Part shown: one piece after another, positions 24,656 to 37,859 of the stretch
Numbering within the stretch: the stretch's first letter is position 1
Layout of the letters: each line of letters opens with the position of its first letter
NCBI RefSeq assembly: GCF_004010195.1
Contig: NC_057719.1
Coordinates: forward strand, 94,074,659 to 94,138,640
Direction: 5' to 3'
Length of the DNA stretch: 63,982 bases
Source: Chiloscyllium plagiosum
Lineage: Eukaryota
Notes under the pieces: model-generated
Databases searched by the model: none
Seen by the model: only the letters and a program-made list of their open reading frames with translations
Told to the model about the DNA's origin: nothing
Made by a program: the position numbers and the translations under genes

Positions 24656-25008
24656 GAAGCAGGTGGCAGATACAAACTCTGAAACTTTGAAGACTTCCCG
24701 TGGGGATGACGTATTAGTATTGCCACCAGTGGTAAGAAATCCCTTCAAAGACAGGTTTAGTGGCCCATTTCAAATTTTAAAAAAAATGGAGTCAGTTAAG
24801 CTATCGAGTAAACATACCGGAGATGACAAAAGAAGCAGGTGGCAGATACAAACTCTGAAACTTTGAAGATTTCCCGTGGGGATGACGTATTAGTATTGCC
24901 ACCAGTGGTAAGAAAGCCCTTCAAAGACAGGTTTAGTGGCCCATTTCAAATTTTAAAAAAATATGGAGTCAGTTAAGCTATCGAGTAAACATACCGGAGA
25001 TGACAAAA
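24656..25008. repeat. Near-perfect tandem duplication, 2 x ~176 bp
   Basis: gaagcaggtggcagatac...ccggagatgacaaaa starts at both 24656 and 24832, with only a few differences. Confidence 0.95.
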
Positions 25009-26821
25009 AAAATCGAGTATTTCATATGGATGAACAATGCACCAGCCACATTTAAGACTCAGGAACAGAGCTGTTGCCAAATGAACAAATTGTGCAGTTT
25101 ATCTGTATGATGTCATGATCTTTAGCAAGTGATTGAAAGCTCACATGTTACAGTTGGCAGAGCATGTTGAACGATTACAAGAAGCAAACTTGGAAGAAAC
25201 TTAAAGAAAACAGAATTTGCGAAGGCAGAGGGGACGTTCTTGGGACATGACATTGGACATGGAAGGTTGACCCCATGGAACACAAAGACGAAGGCTAATG
25301 AGGAATTTCCACCACCATCCTCGAAGAAAGAGGTGCTTAGATTTTTGGAACTGAGTGGATTCTATCAGAAGTTTGTTCCAAACTGCAGCAGTGTATGGGG
25401 ACCACTGATGTATTTACTAAAGAAGAACATAGAATTGTGGTGTGCAGAACAATGCCTGGAGGCAGTTGAGAATTTTAAAGCAGGATTAATCACCGCACCA
25501 GTTTTAGCTACACCAAATATTTTGAAACCCTTTGAAAATTGTGTTTGAAGCTAGGGATATAGGGGTCGGAGGTTTATTGATACAGAAAGATGATGATGGA
25601 ATTGAATGGTTAATTGGCTAGTTGTTGACAAAACTCAATATTCACCAGAAAAAAAAACACAAAATCTCCATTATTGAAAAGAATGATTAAGTTTGGTACT
25701 GATCGGACAATATTTTAATGTTTATGTGACAAACAGATTGTCTGAGATGGTTGTGGACAACGACAAACCTCTCGAATTTTTTGGAATATTTAAAGACCAG
25801 AATATGAGAGTATTGCATTTGGGTCTTATCGTACCGACTTTAAACTTACAAAATGTACATGCTGTGGGTCCTAAAATGTGATAGCAGATGTGTTATCGCG
25901 GATTTAAAGGAAAACATGTAGGTATGATTTGACTTATTCCAGTGTTTTATAGGTGTGTAGAATTAATTTGAATGATATAACTGAGATGAATGCTTTTGTA
26001 TATCATAACAATGGGATTAAGAATTAGAGGTAAAGAAACGAAGCCATCTTTTCATTCTGCTGGTTCATTTTTTTATACTCTGAAGGGGGAAGGTGTTATG
26101 AAGCCGAAAGCACTTCCGGTCACTTTAAGAAAAATGGGTTTTGCTGAAGAGAAAGTACAGTCACAAATGCCAGATAAAGGTCAGTCTGTTCCACATTTCA
26201 CCATTAGCAGGGAAATGGATACCTGTGTTTTGGTTGCTGTTTTGACAGCAATTCAAATGCAACCAAAGAGTTTAAATAACGCTCAAGATACCAGAAGCCA
26301 ACGGAATTAGAATATTATTGTTTGTACATCTGGAAAGCAATCAAATTATGAGAGTTATTGTATCATGGTAAGTATATAAACCAACCATTTTGAACACTAG
26401 AGAAACTGCTGTAGAGCAGGAGTGTTAACAGGCGATCTCAAGCACTCTCTATCAAAGATACATGTTAATGTAAAACATACTTGCAGTAAAAAAAAAGCAT
26501 GACCCATGAAGATCAACAGCCGGAAGAGTGAACTCAGCGGTGAAGAGAGAGACTGTGTGGTCTTGAAATTGTAATGTTTAATATGTGGGTTGTTGGAACA
26601 GCATATTTTGACAGAGTTGGAGTCAGATAGTAAGGAGTTAAGAAAAGAGGAGCATGTATTTGTGAATAGTGGTTGTTTAAAATAAAGAAACTAACTTTTT
26701 TTGTTTAAATAGTGGAATGTAGGAGATCTGAGTCGCTCATATTTTAACAGATTACAAGGTGAGGCTAGCTCTTCTGGGTGTTTGGTTTTACTTAACAGAG
26801 GGGATTGACTCCACCTTGTAA

Positions 26822-27990
26822 ATGTCCATCCACGCTAACCCCATTTCCCTGCAGTTGGCCCATATCCTTCTAGTACTTTCCTATCCACATATTCAACCAA
26901 ATGTTTTTGAAATGTTGTTAATGTATCCCTCTCAACCACATCTGCTGGCAGCTCATCCACGTACCAGACTCTGTGTAAAGAAGTGGCCCCTCAGGTTCCC
27001 TTTTATTCCTTCCCCTTTAACCTTAAACTGATTCCCTTTAATCCTTGATTCTGTACACTTTGGAAAAAGCCTGAGAGCATTAACCCTATTTATACCACTC
27101 GTGATCTTATACAGCTCTATAAGATCCCCCACCCCCTCAGCCTCCTACACCCTAAAGAAAATGTCCTAGCTTGTCCAACCTCTCCCTATAACTGAGACTA
27201 TTGGGTCCTGGCAATGTCCTTGCAAATTTCTTTTGCACTCTTTCTAACTTCATAACATCCTCCCTAAAATAAGGTGACAAAAACTGAACACAATACTCCA
27301 AGTGCGGCCTTTCCGGAGGCCTGTGCAACTGCAACATAAATTCCCAACTTCTATACTCAGTTTTCTGCCTGATGAAGGCCAGTGTGCCAAAAGACTTCTT
27401 CACTGCCCTGTCTACCTGTGACTCCACGCTCAGAGAACCGTGCACCTGAACCCCAAGATCTCTCTGCCCACTATACCCCTTAAGGCCCTCCCAATCATCA
27501 TGAAACTCTTACCTTGATTTCAGTTTCCAAAATGCAAGACATCACGCATCTATATTAAATTCCATTTGCCATTTCTCGGCCCACTTCCACACCTGATTAA
27601 TGTCTTGCTGCAATTTCTGATAAAATTCCTCACTGATCATGCTCCCACTTACTTTCGTATCATCTGCAGACTTACTAATCATACCTTGTACATTTTCAAT
27701 CAAATCATAGATAACAAAGAGCAATGGACCCAGCCTCCAGTCTGACAGGCATCCTTCCATAAACCCTCTGCTTCCTACCATCAAGCCTACTGTGTATCCA
27801 ATTGGCCAGCATTCCACGTGATGGAACCTTCCAGAGCAGCCTGCCAGGTGGAACCTTATTGAAAGGCCTTACTGAAATCCATAGAGATTACGTCTACTGC
27901 TCTGTCCTGATCAACCTTCTTGGTCACTTCACCAAAGAACTCTAACAAATTTGGGAGGCATGAACTCCCACTCACATGTCTATGCTGACT
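26822..27990 (-). mobile_element. CR1-clade LINE, 3' portion
   Basis: [57 protein letters not shown]. Confidence 0.9.
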
Positions 27991-28924
27991 GCTCCGAGGT
28001 GTGGAAGTAAGGGGATCAGTCAATGGTCTGCTGTCCTTCATTGTAAGATGATTCGAATACATAAGTATAGCCATCTTCCTGCTGTTGTCGAGCCATGCTG
28101 AGAGAGTTTGGGGCACTCTCTACAGAGTTGATCTCCTTTGTAAGGAACGATCTCCTTACCACAGACACGGACGATGGTAACATGAGAAGAGAGTTAGAAG
28201 CTGAGTGTTGTACCTATAGAGTTGTGAGACGACGAAGAAATGGTGACATTGAAACACGAGGAGTGGCAGCAATCACTTATTTCCAAAAGACACATTAATA
28301 GGGTGAGAAATTCCATACTTTACCCTGGAATGATTGGTGTGATTTATTGCCACGTGTGCCTCAGTACAGGGAAACACTTTATTTTTGAGCAGTGGAGGTA
28401 GATCATAGTAAGCATTGCCAGACAGATCATATGGTGGAAATAGGCTTGTACAGAGTAAGGCATACAGGTTACACTGCACGGGACGTGCACTCGACAAGAT
28501 CAAAATGAACACGGTCAGCATTATTAGAACTTAGAGAGTCCATTCATCAGTCTAACGTGGCTTTCCTAATAGTTTATATGCCTTTACTAACTCTCCCCAT
28601 GTTGTTGTGCAGTCGGCGTGTTGTTCACTGAAAGTTATGTTGTTCACAATCCCCAACAGCAGCCAGAATACGTTCATTCTGAAACAGGTAGCCATTCCCA
28701 CCAGCTTCCGTTCTACATACAGAAAACTAGGCTGGCTTCTCGGAGATGAAAGATGCCTTCTTGAGACTTCACACAAAGCTTCTCTCCTCACCACCAGAAA
28801 ACCAAGTAAAAGTCCCACGTGTGTATTATGAGCTACGGAGCCACGAGGAACAACGTGGAGCAATCTGTCTGTGCAGCCTCTGCTCCACTTGGTCATCATG
28901 TTAGAGCATCAGTTAGGAGGCAGT

Positions 28925-29045
28925 AAGGGCTGCCGATGCTGGAGATCAGAGTAGAGAGTGGTTTGCTGAAAAAGCACAGCACGTCAGGCAGCATCAGAGG
29001 AGCAGGAGAATGAATGTTTCGGGCATAAGCCATTCATCAGGAATC
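28925..29045 (-). mobile_element. Penelope-like terminal repeat with hammerhead-like motif
   Basis: Reverse complement of 29012-29043 is attcCTGATGAatggcttatgcccGAAAcattc. Confidence 0.65.
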
Positions 29046-29264
29046 AGCATCAATTACCTCATTCTGTCCCTGTGTAAGTACTTTGGGGGGGAATGGCCTC
29101 TTACTGTTCCTGTGAAGGAGACTCAAGGGGCTGAATAGCATCATCCTGTTGCTGTGTAAGTGATCTAAGCGACTGAATGGCTTATTCCTCGTCCGATTAG
29201 ACAGGGCCAAGGGCCGGTTTGGGATACCCCTGGATCCTGTTTGACAGCTCGATGCACTGACAAG

Positions 29265-29890
29265 TGTGAAGATGCTGCAGCTTTAAGAGGTTATTTTGTC
29301 CTGGTTTATTTTAAGAGAGAGATTGAACGACTGTTACCAAGCTGGCTAGTTCAGATCACTTGAGTAAACAGCGAGGGAGGCCTTTATTTTAATGCAGATT
29401 GAATGGGTGTGGCCAGCTCTCACAGATTAGGAACTCTGGGTTTTGGTTTCTCAGTAACATCAGAAACTATTGGGGTCTCCACAGAGTTGGAAGCTTCAGT
29501 GAATGTCTCCCGCTACTCTCACTGAATTTTCTTTTGATGCTGTTTTTAATTCCTGAATTGGAGAAATGTTTGTGACAATCTGTGTCTGAATATCCCTTTT
29601 TCCCAGGTGCTGTGTTTATCGGATTTTCCTATATTCGAACAGTTCATTAGTAATAGTTCCTAGATCCATTATACTGTTAACTTGGCCAATAGAATTACAT
29701 TATTCTAAATTCCCCTTTCTTTGGTTTCATTTTTAATTCGTGTTTAAATAAATGGTGTGTGGCTTCACACAGAGTAGTTTGACCAGTCACATTGCATCTG
29801 GAACAGACACTTTACATTTCCTTTGAAACAAAAACAGTCTAGATTACCGCCTTCAAATATTTTCGAGGGGCTCTGGTGTGGTCCATCACA
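29265..29890 (+). mobile_element. Solo LTR, same family as the LTRs of 1789-5298
   Basis: TG...CA ends. Shares ggccagctctc, gttattttgtcctgg, aataaa and the ctggtgtggtccatcaca terminus with those LTRs. Confidence 0.75.
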
Positions 29891-31369
29891 CTACCCTCCT
29901 TCTCTTTCTGAGTAATAAGCTGGAGGCACTGAATGGGCGGACCCTGTTCTTCTCCAACAGTGTCAATGGGCTGAACGACTTCCTCATACTCCGGTGAAAC
30001 CAGCGTGAGGTGCTGAATGAACTCTTGTTTTACTGTGGCAGTGCTTTTACATGAATATTACGGACCCTTTAACAACACAAGGCTCATTGGAGTCTGGGTC
30101 TTGCTGCTCATGGACACAGACCAGTTCAGGAGCTGACGGAGGACAAAATGTTCTGAACATTGCGGAATCGTCAGTGATCATCCCCACTTCTGATCTTATG
30201 GTGGGGAGGGTGGGGGCGGGGGGACATTGATGATCAGCTGAAGATGTTTGTGAAGAGGAAGCTACTCTGAAGATCTCCCACAGAGTTGACCCAGGACTGA
30301 GATGATGAACATCTTTCTTTGTGCCATGCTTCACTCCAAACACTGGAGAGTTTATTCTGATTCCCATTCAGTCCAGTTTTGCTAAGCTCCTTGATGTCAA
30401 CGGAAGTCAACCACTGCTTTGATCAGGGCCAGTCGTTATTACCTGAACCCTTGTGTCAAGCCCTTTTGTTCATAAAAAATAGGCCATGATATAGAAGCAC
30501 CAAGTGTTTTCTTCAAACAGATTTTACTGAATGTCAGAATTTCATTCGGAGTAAGATGATTGAAAGTATTTGAAGAGGAGGTAGATGTATATTGACCTGT
30601 CAGAGAGTTGACGGCAATGAAGAATTGTATATGAAAGATGATTTGACACCAAGAGCAGATCAGTAATAATGTTAGTGAGGGGCAAGGCAGACTTGGGGAG
30701 TGAACGACCTGCCCCTGTTTCTGATGTTCTCCCATTCTGTTATTGGCAAGTTCATGGGTGCTATTTTCATGAATGTTCTGTTATTGAATGTTGCAGGCAG
30801 GAAGATAAGATGATTTGGTGAGCCATCTCTGGTGAGGTATATGGGCTGTATTCACAGTGAATGTGGATCTACAACATGACCAACAAATGAAGCACAAGTT
30901 GCAGAGAGGGGAAGCTCTGTGAAGAAAGATAAGGGGCCTCTTTCATACCCAGCCTGGATTTTCCAATTACATTTCCCAAATCACTTCAAAGCGTGTGGGA
31001 CAGTCTTGAGGGGCTGAATGGGCTCCTCTGTTTCTGTGCACCAGGTTACAGGAGTAAGTGGCCTCCAACAGTTCCTGTCTAGCAGGTATGAGGGGCTGAA
31101 TGGAAAACAAAAACATGGGACTCAGGAGCAGGAGTGGGTCATTAGATACTTTGACCCTTCTCCACCACGATCTAAGACTGTGGATGATCAGGTTGTGGAA
31201 TCAGCTCCACTTTCCTGTCTGTTGCCAATATCCGTGGTTCACTTCACTGTCAAATATTTAGATAATGCAGTTTTCAATCAATGTGAACAGAGAGGCACGA
31301 TAAATTCCAGTGAAGAGAATTCCCACTTGAAAGGTCCTTCCAGAATTTTTCATCATCCCTCTTATAGAA

Positions 31370-32650
31370 TCAGTGAGTCATGCAGAACAGTAACAGACCC
31401 GTTAGTCCAATCTGTTCACTCCGATCAGATATCAAATCTGATCCAGTCCCATTTTCCAGCATTTGGCCAATATTCTTCCTCTTTCAGACACTTTTTAAAT
31501 GTGCGATTGTAACCGCCTTCAGCACTTCCTCTGACAGCACTTTCTGAACACACACCACTCTCTGTGTGAAACATTTATCTTCAGGTCCCTTCTAAATCAT
31601 TCGTCCTCTCGCCTTCAGCCTATGCCTCTGAATCTGGTCTCCCCTATCCTGGGGAGCTGACCATATCTGTTCAGAATATACATGCCCCTGGTGATTTTAT
31701 AAACCTCTATAATGTCACCCTTCAGCCTCTGACACTCCAGGGAGAAACACCTCAGCCTAATCAACCTCTCCCTGAAGCTCAATCCTCCAATCCTGTAACA
31801 TCCATGTAAATCTATTCTGCAGACAACCGCGTTGTATGCGGTATTCATAAACTGGCCTTGCCAACATCCTGTACAGATGCAACATGCCATCTCAACTCCT
31901 GTACTCAATGCTCTGACTGATTAAGGCAAATGTGCCAAATGTGTTCTGCACCACTCTATCTACCTGCGACTCCACTATCAAGGAAGAATGCACCTGCCGT
32001 CCTCGGTCCCTTTGCTCCACAACACTCCCCAAGATCTTACCATTAAGTGCATAATTCCTGCTCTGATTTGCTTCCCAAAATGCAAGACCTCATATTTATC
32101 TAAATTAAAATTCATCTGTCACTCCTTGCCCCTTTGTCCCACCTAGGTATGGTCACGTTGTTCTCTGAGATAATCCACTACACCACTTTTTTGATGTAAT
32201 CTGTAAACTTACTAACTATGCCTCCGAAATTCACATCTCAATCCTTGACATAAATGATGAAATGTTGTGAATTCAGTACTGATTCTTACAGCACACTGCT
32301 CCTCATAAGCCTCCATTCTGAAAAAACCCCTTTTCCTTCAAGCCAAATGTGACTAGCTTCCTCTGTATTCCATGTGACCGAATCTTATTAATCTGTCTAC
32401 CAATCAAAATGTTGTGAACACCTTGCTAAAGTCCATATAGACAATGTCTATCAAACTGCCTTCATCAATCTTCTTTGCCACCTCTTCATAAAACTCAACC
32501 AAGTTAATGAGACATGATTTCCCATGCAGAAAGCCACGTTGTCTACTCCGATCAGCCCTTCACTTCCCAAATGTATGTAAATCCTGTCCCTCAGAATCCC
32601 CTCCAACAACTTACCCACCACTGACATTAGGCTCACCGGTCTATAGTACC
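31370..32650 (-). mobile_element. CR1-clade LINE, RT and 3' region
   Basis: SLMSVVGKLLEGILRDRIYIHL; GLSFRERLIRLRCFSLECQRLKGDIIEVYKI. Confidence 0.9.
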
Positions 32651-32950
32651 GGCTTTTGGGGTCACTATTTCCATTTCTAGTCCCACTGCTCCACTGCTCA
32701 TAAGATAAGTTAAATGTAACAGGTCCGTGATATGCCCAATGATGTCGGTCTCAGACTGTGTCAGGGTCAGTTTTAGCAACAAGTCAGGCTAGTTTCTTGA
32801 ATTTGTTCAAATAGCACGTTTATGATCCAGAGCAATGTTACTCAAACTATGGTGGAAAGATGCATGGCAAACTGTTTGGATATTGCAAATAAAGAATCGA
32901 TATTTGGATATTGCAAATAAAGAATCGATATTTCCCTTTCTAAAAACACT

Positions 32951-32951
32951 G

Positions 32952-32992
<41 letters not shown>

Positions 32993-33020
32993 AACACACA
33001 CACACAAACACACACACACA

Positions 33021-33060
<40 letters not shown>
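32951..33060. repeat. Compound (CA)n(CT)n microsatellite
   Basis: Read directly. Confidence 0.95.
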
Positions 33061-33065
<5 letters not shown>

Positions 33066-33279
33066 TCCAAGTGAAAGATCCTTGTCCATATATTCGTGTA
33101 ACTCATGGCAAAAGGAGAAAAAGAGAAATTGTCCAAAATGTGATTCTGCTTCTGAACATATTCTACTCACACAAGCTGCAAACAATGGATTTCATTCTCG
33201 AACAGTTGGATTTGGCTGAATTTCTTTGCATTAGGCAGTGAGGAAGTTCCAATGAATTCTGATCAGGGATCATCTAAAG

Positions 33280-33600
33280 GTTAGCACAGTGACTCAGTGG
33301 TTAGCACTACCACCTCACAGCACCAGGGACTTGGGTTTGACTCCAGCCTCAGGTGACTCTGTGGAGTTTGCGCATTGTCTGCCTGAGCTTCTAATGGGTG
33401 CTCCAGTTTCCTCCCACAATCCAAAACTGTATAGTTCAGGTGGATTGGTCAAATTGTCTATAGTCTTCAGCGATTTCTAGTTTAGGTGCACTAGTCAGGG
33501 GTAACAGTCAGGGAACGGGCCTGGGAAGGTTGATCTTTGGAAGTTTGGTATGGACTTGTTGGGCCAAAGGGCCTGTTTCCACACTGCAGGGATTCTATAA
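33280..33600 (+). mobile_element. HE1-type SINE, older diverged copy
   Basis: gcacagtgactcagtggttagcact head and gggcctgtttccacactg tail. Confidence 0.8.
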
Positions 33601-35209
33601 AAATAAGAATGGTAACGATGACAGTAGAGGTTTTGTTTTAGCTCGTGCACATTGCTTGATGAGTAATATTGAGGGAAAGAGACAGTGCAATGGGCCGTTC
33701 CTTCACGGGCAGATTACATTTTCTTTGTCTCTGAGTTAAATCACACAATAATATAATCCTCTCCCAAACTGGAACATGTGAGGTCTCCTTGTACATTATC
33801 CAAACTATGTCTCCATCACATTCCTTGTTCCATGTCGGAGCATCATTGCTGCTGTCATACACAGAGCCATACCCTTAGCAGAAAATGGTCTCCGTCGATT
33901 TGAAGATATGTTTATTTGTCCCTGCATCATGAAAAAAAGTGTAATGTATTCTGAATACCTGTGTTAAAATGAATGCATTTTTTTCAACAAATACAGGAAT
34001 TGCTGGAAAAGCTCTGTAGGTCTGTCAGCATCCAGATGTCTTTTACATGTTGTAGTTGTACCAACTTGCACCACTTCCTCTGGCAGCTCATTCTATATGC
34101 ACACCACCCTCTGTGTGAAAACGTGCCCTTTAGGTCTCTTCAAAACCTTTCCCCTCTCACTTTCCACCAATGCCTTCTAGTTTTGGACGCCCCTAACATG
34201 GGGAAAACCCTGACTTCTCACCCTATCCATGACCATTCTGATTTTATACATCTCTACTGCTGCGAAATGTGACTCCAATTGACTCGGATGGCTGTGCTTT
34301 AAATCATCGTGGGCCGAAATTCTGAAATTCAATACTGACACCTCTTCTTTCTCCATCAGGTCACAATTCTAAATCCATTTTAATCGGTTTGTTCAGATGT
34401 ATTATGAAACCCTTATGTGGGATTTACACCTAGACCATTGTGCCCGGAGGTAGGGACATTAGCATCACTCAGCAATACCCATAAAGCTGCAACATTATTC
34501 TCCTGTGTGTTTGCTCATCAGCTTGTTCTGACATGCTGTGACATACCTCTGTAACAGGCAGGACTTGAATCCCGACCATCTAGTCCAGAGCTAAGAACAC
34601 TACCAAAGAAGGTCAGGAACTGGAATCAAATCCAGCGCTCTGACTCGGAGGCAGGGACAATACCCACTACACTACGATTTAAAGTACCAGCTATCAGCTC
34701 GGAGTGGATATATTATAAACAGGTTACCATTACTGAACTACACTTTGTATTGTTAAACAAATGCAAGATATTTGTCTCAACTGTAGGATGTTGAGTGTAC
34801 GTGCTGTGCCATCGAAATTAACAAAAAACGACTTTAATTGCTATTATCTTAGTCTGCAATATTAGTGAAATACATCCTGCAGACACACTCTGCACAATGA
34901 AGGGTCTCGCATAGGTTTTCATTACTGAACACCAGAGACAAAGAAAGAGCGTAATTTCTGATCCCAAAGCACTGAGTGGTATTACCCACCTCTCATCTGC
35001 GACTGTCCTCTTCCTAAAACCATGAAATGAAACGAGGCCGCTGATTACTATCCAGCTTCTCCTCACCACTGACTGTATCTGCAATCTGCCCTTCTTCCCC
35101 CTAACCACACAAGGGTACCCAAGATCAGGTTCTTTATGAAACTCAAGACCGGAGTGTGCAGAGGGAGAGGTTATTTTAAATTGAAGGGGGAGGGGAGGTG
35201 GAAGTAATA

Positions 35210-36060
35210 TCACACACTGGCCTGAGGGGTGGCAGATGGATTTTAGTTTGAATTAATGCGAGGTATTGGATTTGGGAATAAAAACAAGAGCAGGCTCTAT
35301 ACAATTAAAATTAGGGTCGTTTGGCAGGATTATAGAACAGAGACCCAGGCCGTCAGGTATAATTCTTTAAAATTTTCATCTCATAAATATAGTGTTGGGA
35401 AGAAAGTGTTTAATACACTTGTCTGCAATGGTCAGACCCTTGAGTATCGGAATGGGGACGTCATATTGTGGTTGTACAGGACATATGTGAGACCTCGTCT
35501 AGAATACTGTGTCCAGTCTGGTCATCTTGCCCGCACATTCCATAGACACACCACCCTCTGGGTGAAAAAGCTGCCCCTTAGGTCACTTTTAAATTTTTAC
35601 CCTCTCACCTGTAATCTACGTCCTCTAGTTTTGGACTCCCGTACCCTTAGAAAATACCTTGACTTTGATATTATTGACCTTGATATAATTAAGCTGGAGA
35701 GGGTTCAGAAGAGATTAACCTAGATGTTGCTGTAAATGGAGGGATTGAGCGATAAGGAGAGGCTGGGTAGGCTGGGACATGTTTCACTGGAGAGTATAAG
35801 ATGGAGGGGTAACTTTGCTTAGGTTTATAAAATAATGACGGGTACAGATAAATTGAACGGCTGATGTCTTTTCCCTAGAGTTGGGGATTCAAGACTGGGG
35901 GGTAGTTTAATGTGCGCAGAAAAATATTTACAAAAGTCATGAGAGGTAATTATTTTAGACAGAAGATTGTTTGTGTGTGGAATGAACTCCCAGAGGAAGT
36001 CGTGAAAACAGGGACAGTTACAAATTTAAAGGACATTTAGGTCAGTACATGGATAAGACA
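35210..36060 (+). mobile_element. CR1-clade LINE 3' portion with a ~130-bp opposite-strand LINE 3' fragment inside (~35530-35660)
   Basis: LYRTYVRPRLEYCVQ..DIIKLERVQKRLT; the insert caccaccctctgggtgaaaaagctgcccc is the antisense of a CR1 3' region. Confidence 0.8.
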
Positions 36061-36289
36061 TCAGTTTGGATGGTGCTGTGAGCAGCTGCGCTCTCCCTCC
36101 CCCTCTCTGAATGAATCCCTGTTGGTTTTCACCCTCTGCCAATGCCTTTGGCGTGGCGTATGGAGGCCAGCAGAGGGTGGCATTGCATCACTTCAAGCAC
36201 CACGGCGACAGCCAGACCTGCCTCACACAGAGACACACACAGCAATTGTGAGGACACGGCATGTCGCACATCTCGTAACTTCAACTAAA

Positions 36290-37015
36290 TATAAAGAAAT
36301 GCTCAATTCCCCAATAAAATATAAAAGTATGAGTGGCAGAGAACTCCCAAATTCCTCTGTTTAAATAAAAAACATCAATTTATTTTTTAACTCTGAAAGT
36401 GAACATTTTACATCAACTATTCATAACTCTGAGACCCCCTTTCTCTAAACTGTTTACTAACCGACTCTATCTCTATTGCAACATACTGTTTCAATAAGCT
36501 GCTTAATGAAATTGCATTACCGTAATTTCAAAACCACACAACAGCTGTTGTTTGCTATGTCTTCTTCCCGCTGTAGATCTCCCTGCGTCATCTTCTTTCT
36601 GTTTACTGCGGATATGTTCCATATGAAAAGGTACCTTTGATAGAGAGTGTTTCCTAATCTCTTGGATCTGTGTTGATGGCAATTGCTCTGTCTGCAATTT
36701 TCCAAATGCCTGCACTATTAATATCCACAACAGTGTATTATCTGAATGGTTCAATTTTTCGAAAAACAATAAATTCAAACTTGATTTGGTTTTAGTATTT
36801 TGGGGCATAATTTAAACTAATTGGTAAAATTCGAATTGTTGTCTAAAGAGCAACCTCTCAGGGATCTAATTCAGAGCCAAATGTGACATATTTTCAGTTG
36901 TCCTTGACTCTCTGGGTCTGCAATCATTTCATACCACAGGTGCTTGGAGGCTCTCAGTTCAGAATAGTATTCACTCTCTCGTAAAGGTGCAGTACACACT
37001 TCCAAATTCATAACA
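36290..37015 (-). mobile_element. Solo LTR related to the LTRs of 20720-26822
   Basis: Reverse complement starts TGTTATGAA like 26094, and contains ggaatttgggag..tgccactcat as at 20740. Confidence 0.7.
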
Positions 37016-37859
37016 TTAATACCCTGTTGTCCATGAACATAGGTGGAGCCGATCCAGATTCATCTTGCTACGTGGTTTGTCAATATTTCATTCACTCCGT
37101 GTCGTGTGTGTCAGGATTTTGTTGTTCCATTGACAGCCCGTGGGAATATAGCAGTATTTCACTAGCTCATCCTGGTGAGTGCAGCAGGATTTCAGTTCTT
37201 TCATGGGGACTGTGATGCTGCGACAATCTCAACGTTTGTAGATGGCACCAATTTTGAACGAATTATGAAGTCTATGGAGGACAGTGTGAAACTCGAACAG
37301 GACAATCACATGTTGGTGTAGTTTTCGGGCAGATGGGGATCAATGCAGAGCACTGTGAGGTGATGCACTTTGATAGGAAGGACATTGAAAGACAATATAA
37401 AGTAGGCTGTACCGTTATAAAGGGAGTGCAGGCACAGATTTTCTTCGGTGTATATGAGCACAGATTGTTGAAGATGTCAGGACAAGTGGGGAGGGCAGTA
37501 ACTATCACAGATTAGTTTCAGTATCTGAGCTCTTTATAGGGGGAGGTGTGGGAGGGAGTCACCGTGCTACCTTCCTGGGAGGTGGTGGTGACGATGTCTT
37601 GTGAGCCCACCCTCCTGCCCACAGAGGCCGTGGGGATTCCATTTGTACCAGCTCGACACAAAAGGGAAATGGCATCAGGGCCAGGGCTTCTAAGTTGTGT
37701 CGGGGAAACGGAGCTGCCAGTGGGTTTAAAGTGAGAATTGCCCTTCACTGAACATTGCTTCTTACTCGGTCGGTGGGACGTGGATGTTACAGAATCTCCA
37801 CACGAGGCATCCCGGTCCTCTCCTGCTCCTACCTGGGCCCTCCCAACATGGCGGGGGAA

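Larger units (their letters stand above)
20720..26822 (+). mobile_element. Gypsy LTR retrotransposon of the Gmr1 clade (gag-PR-IN-RT-RH), decayed. 5' LTR truncated (20720-20850); 3' LTR 26094-26822.
   Basis: SCAN-like gag (ORF 21471-22034), protease L*DTGSAQSLI (~22390), integrase (IQSEQGSHFT..PESQGALESWHQTL, 24186-24416) upstream of RT/RH (25090-25900), and PPT gaagggggaagg before TGTTA. Confidence 0.9.

Noticed and set aside
36165..36184. CTCF-like motif ggccagcagagggtggca
   Set aside because: A single imperfect short match is expected by chance in 64 kb and cannot be supported without binding data.
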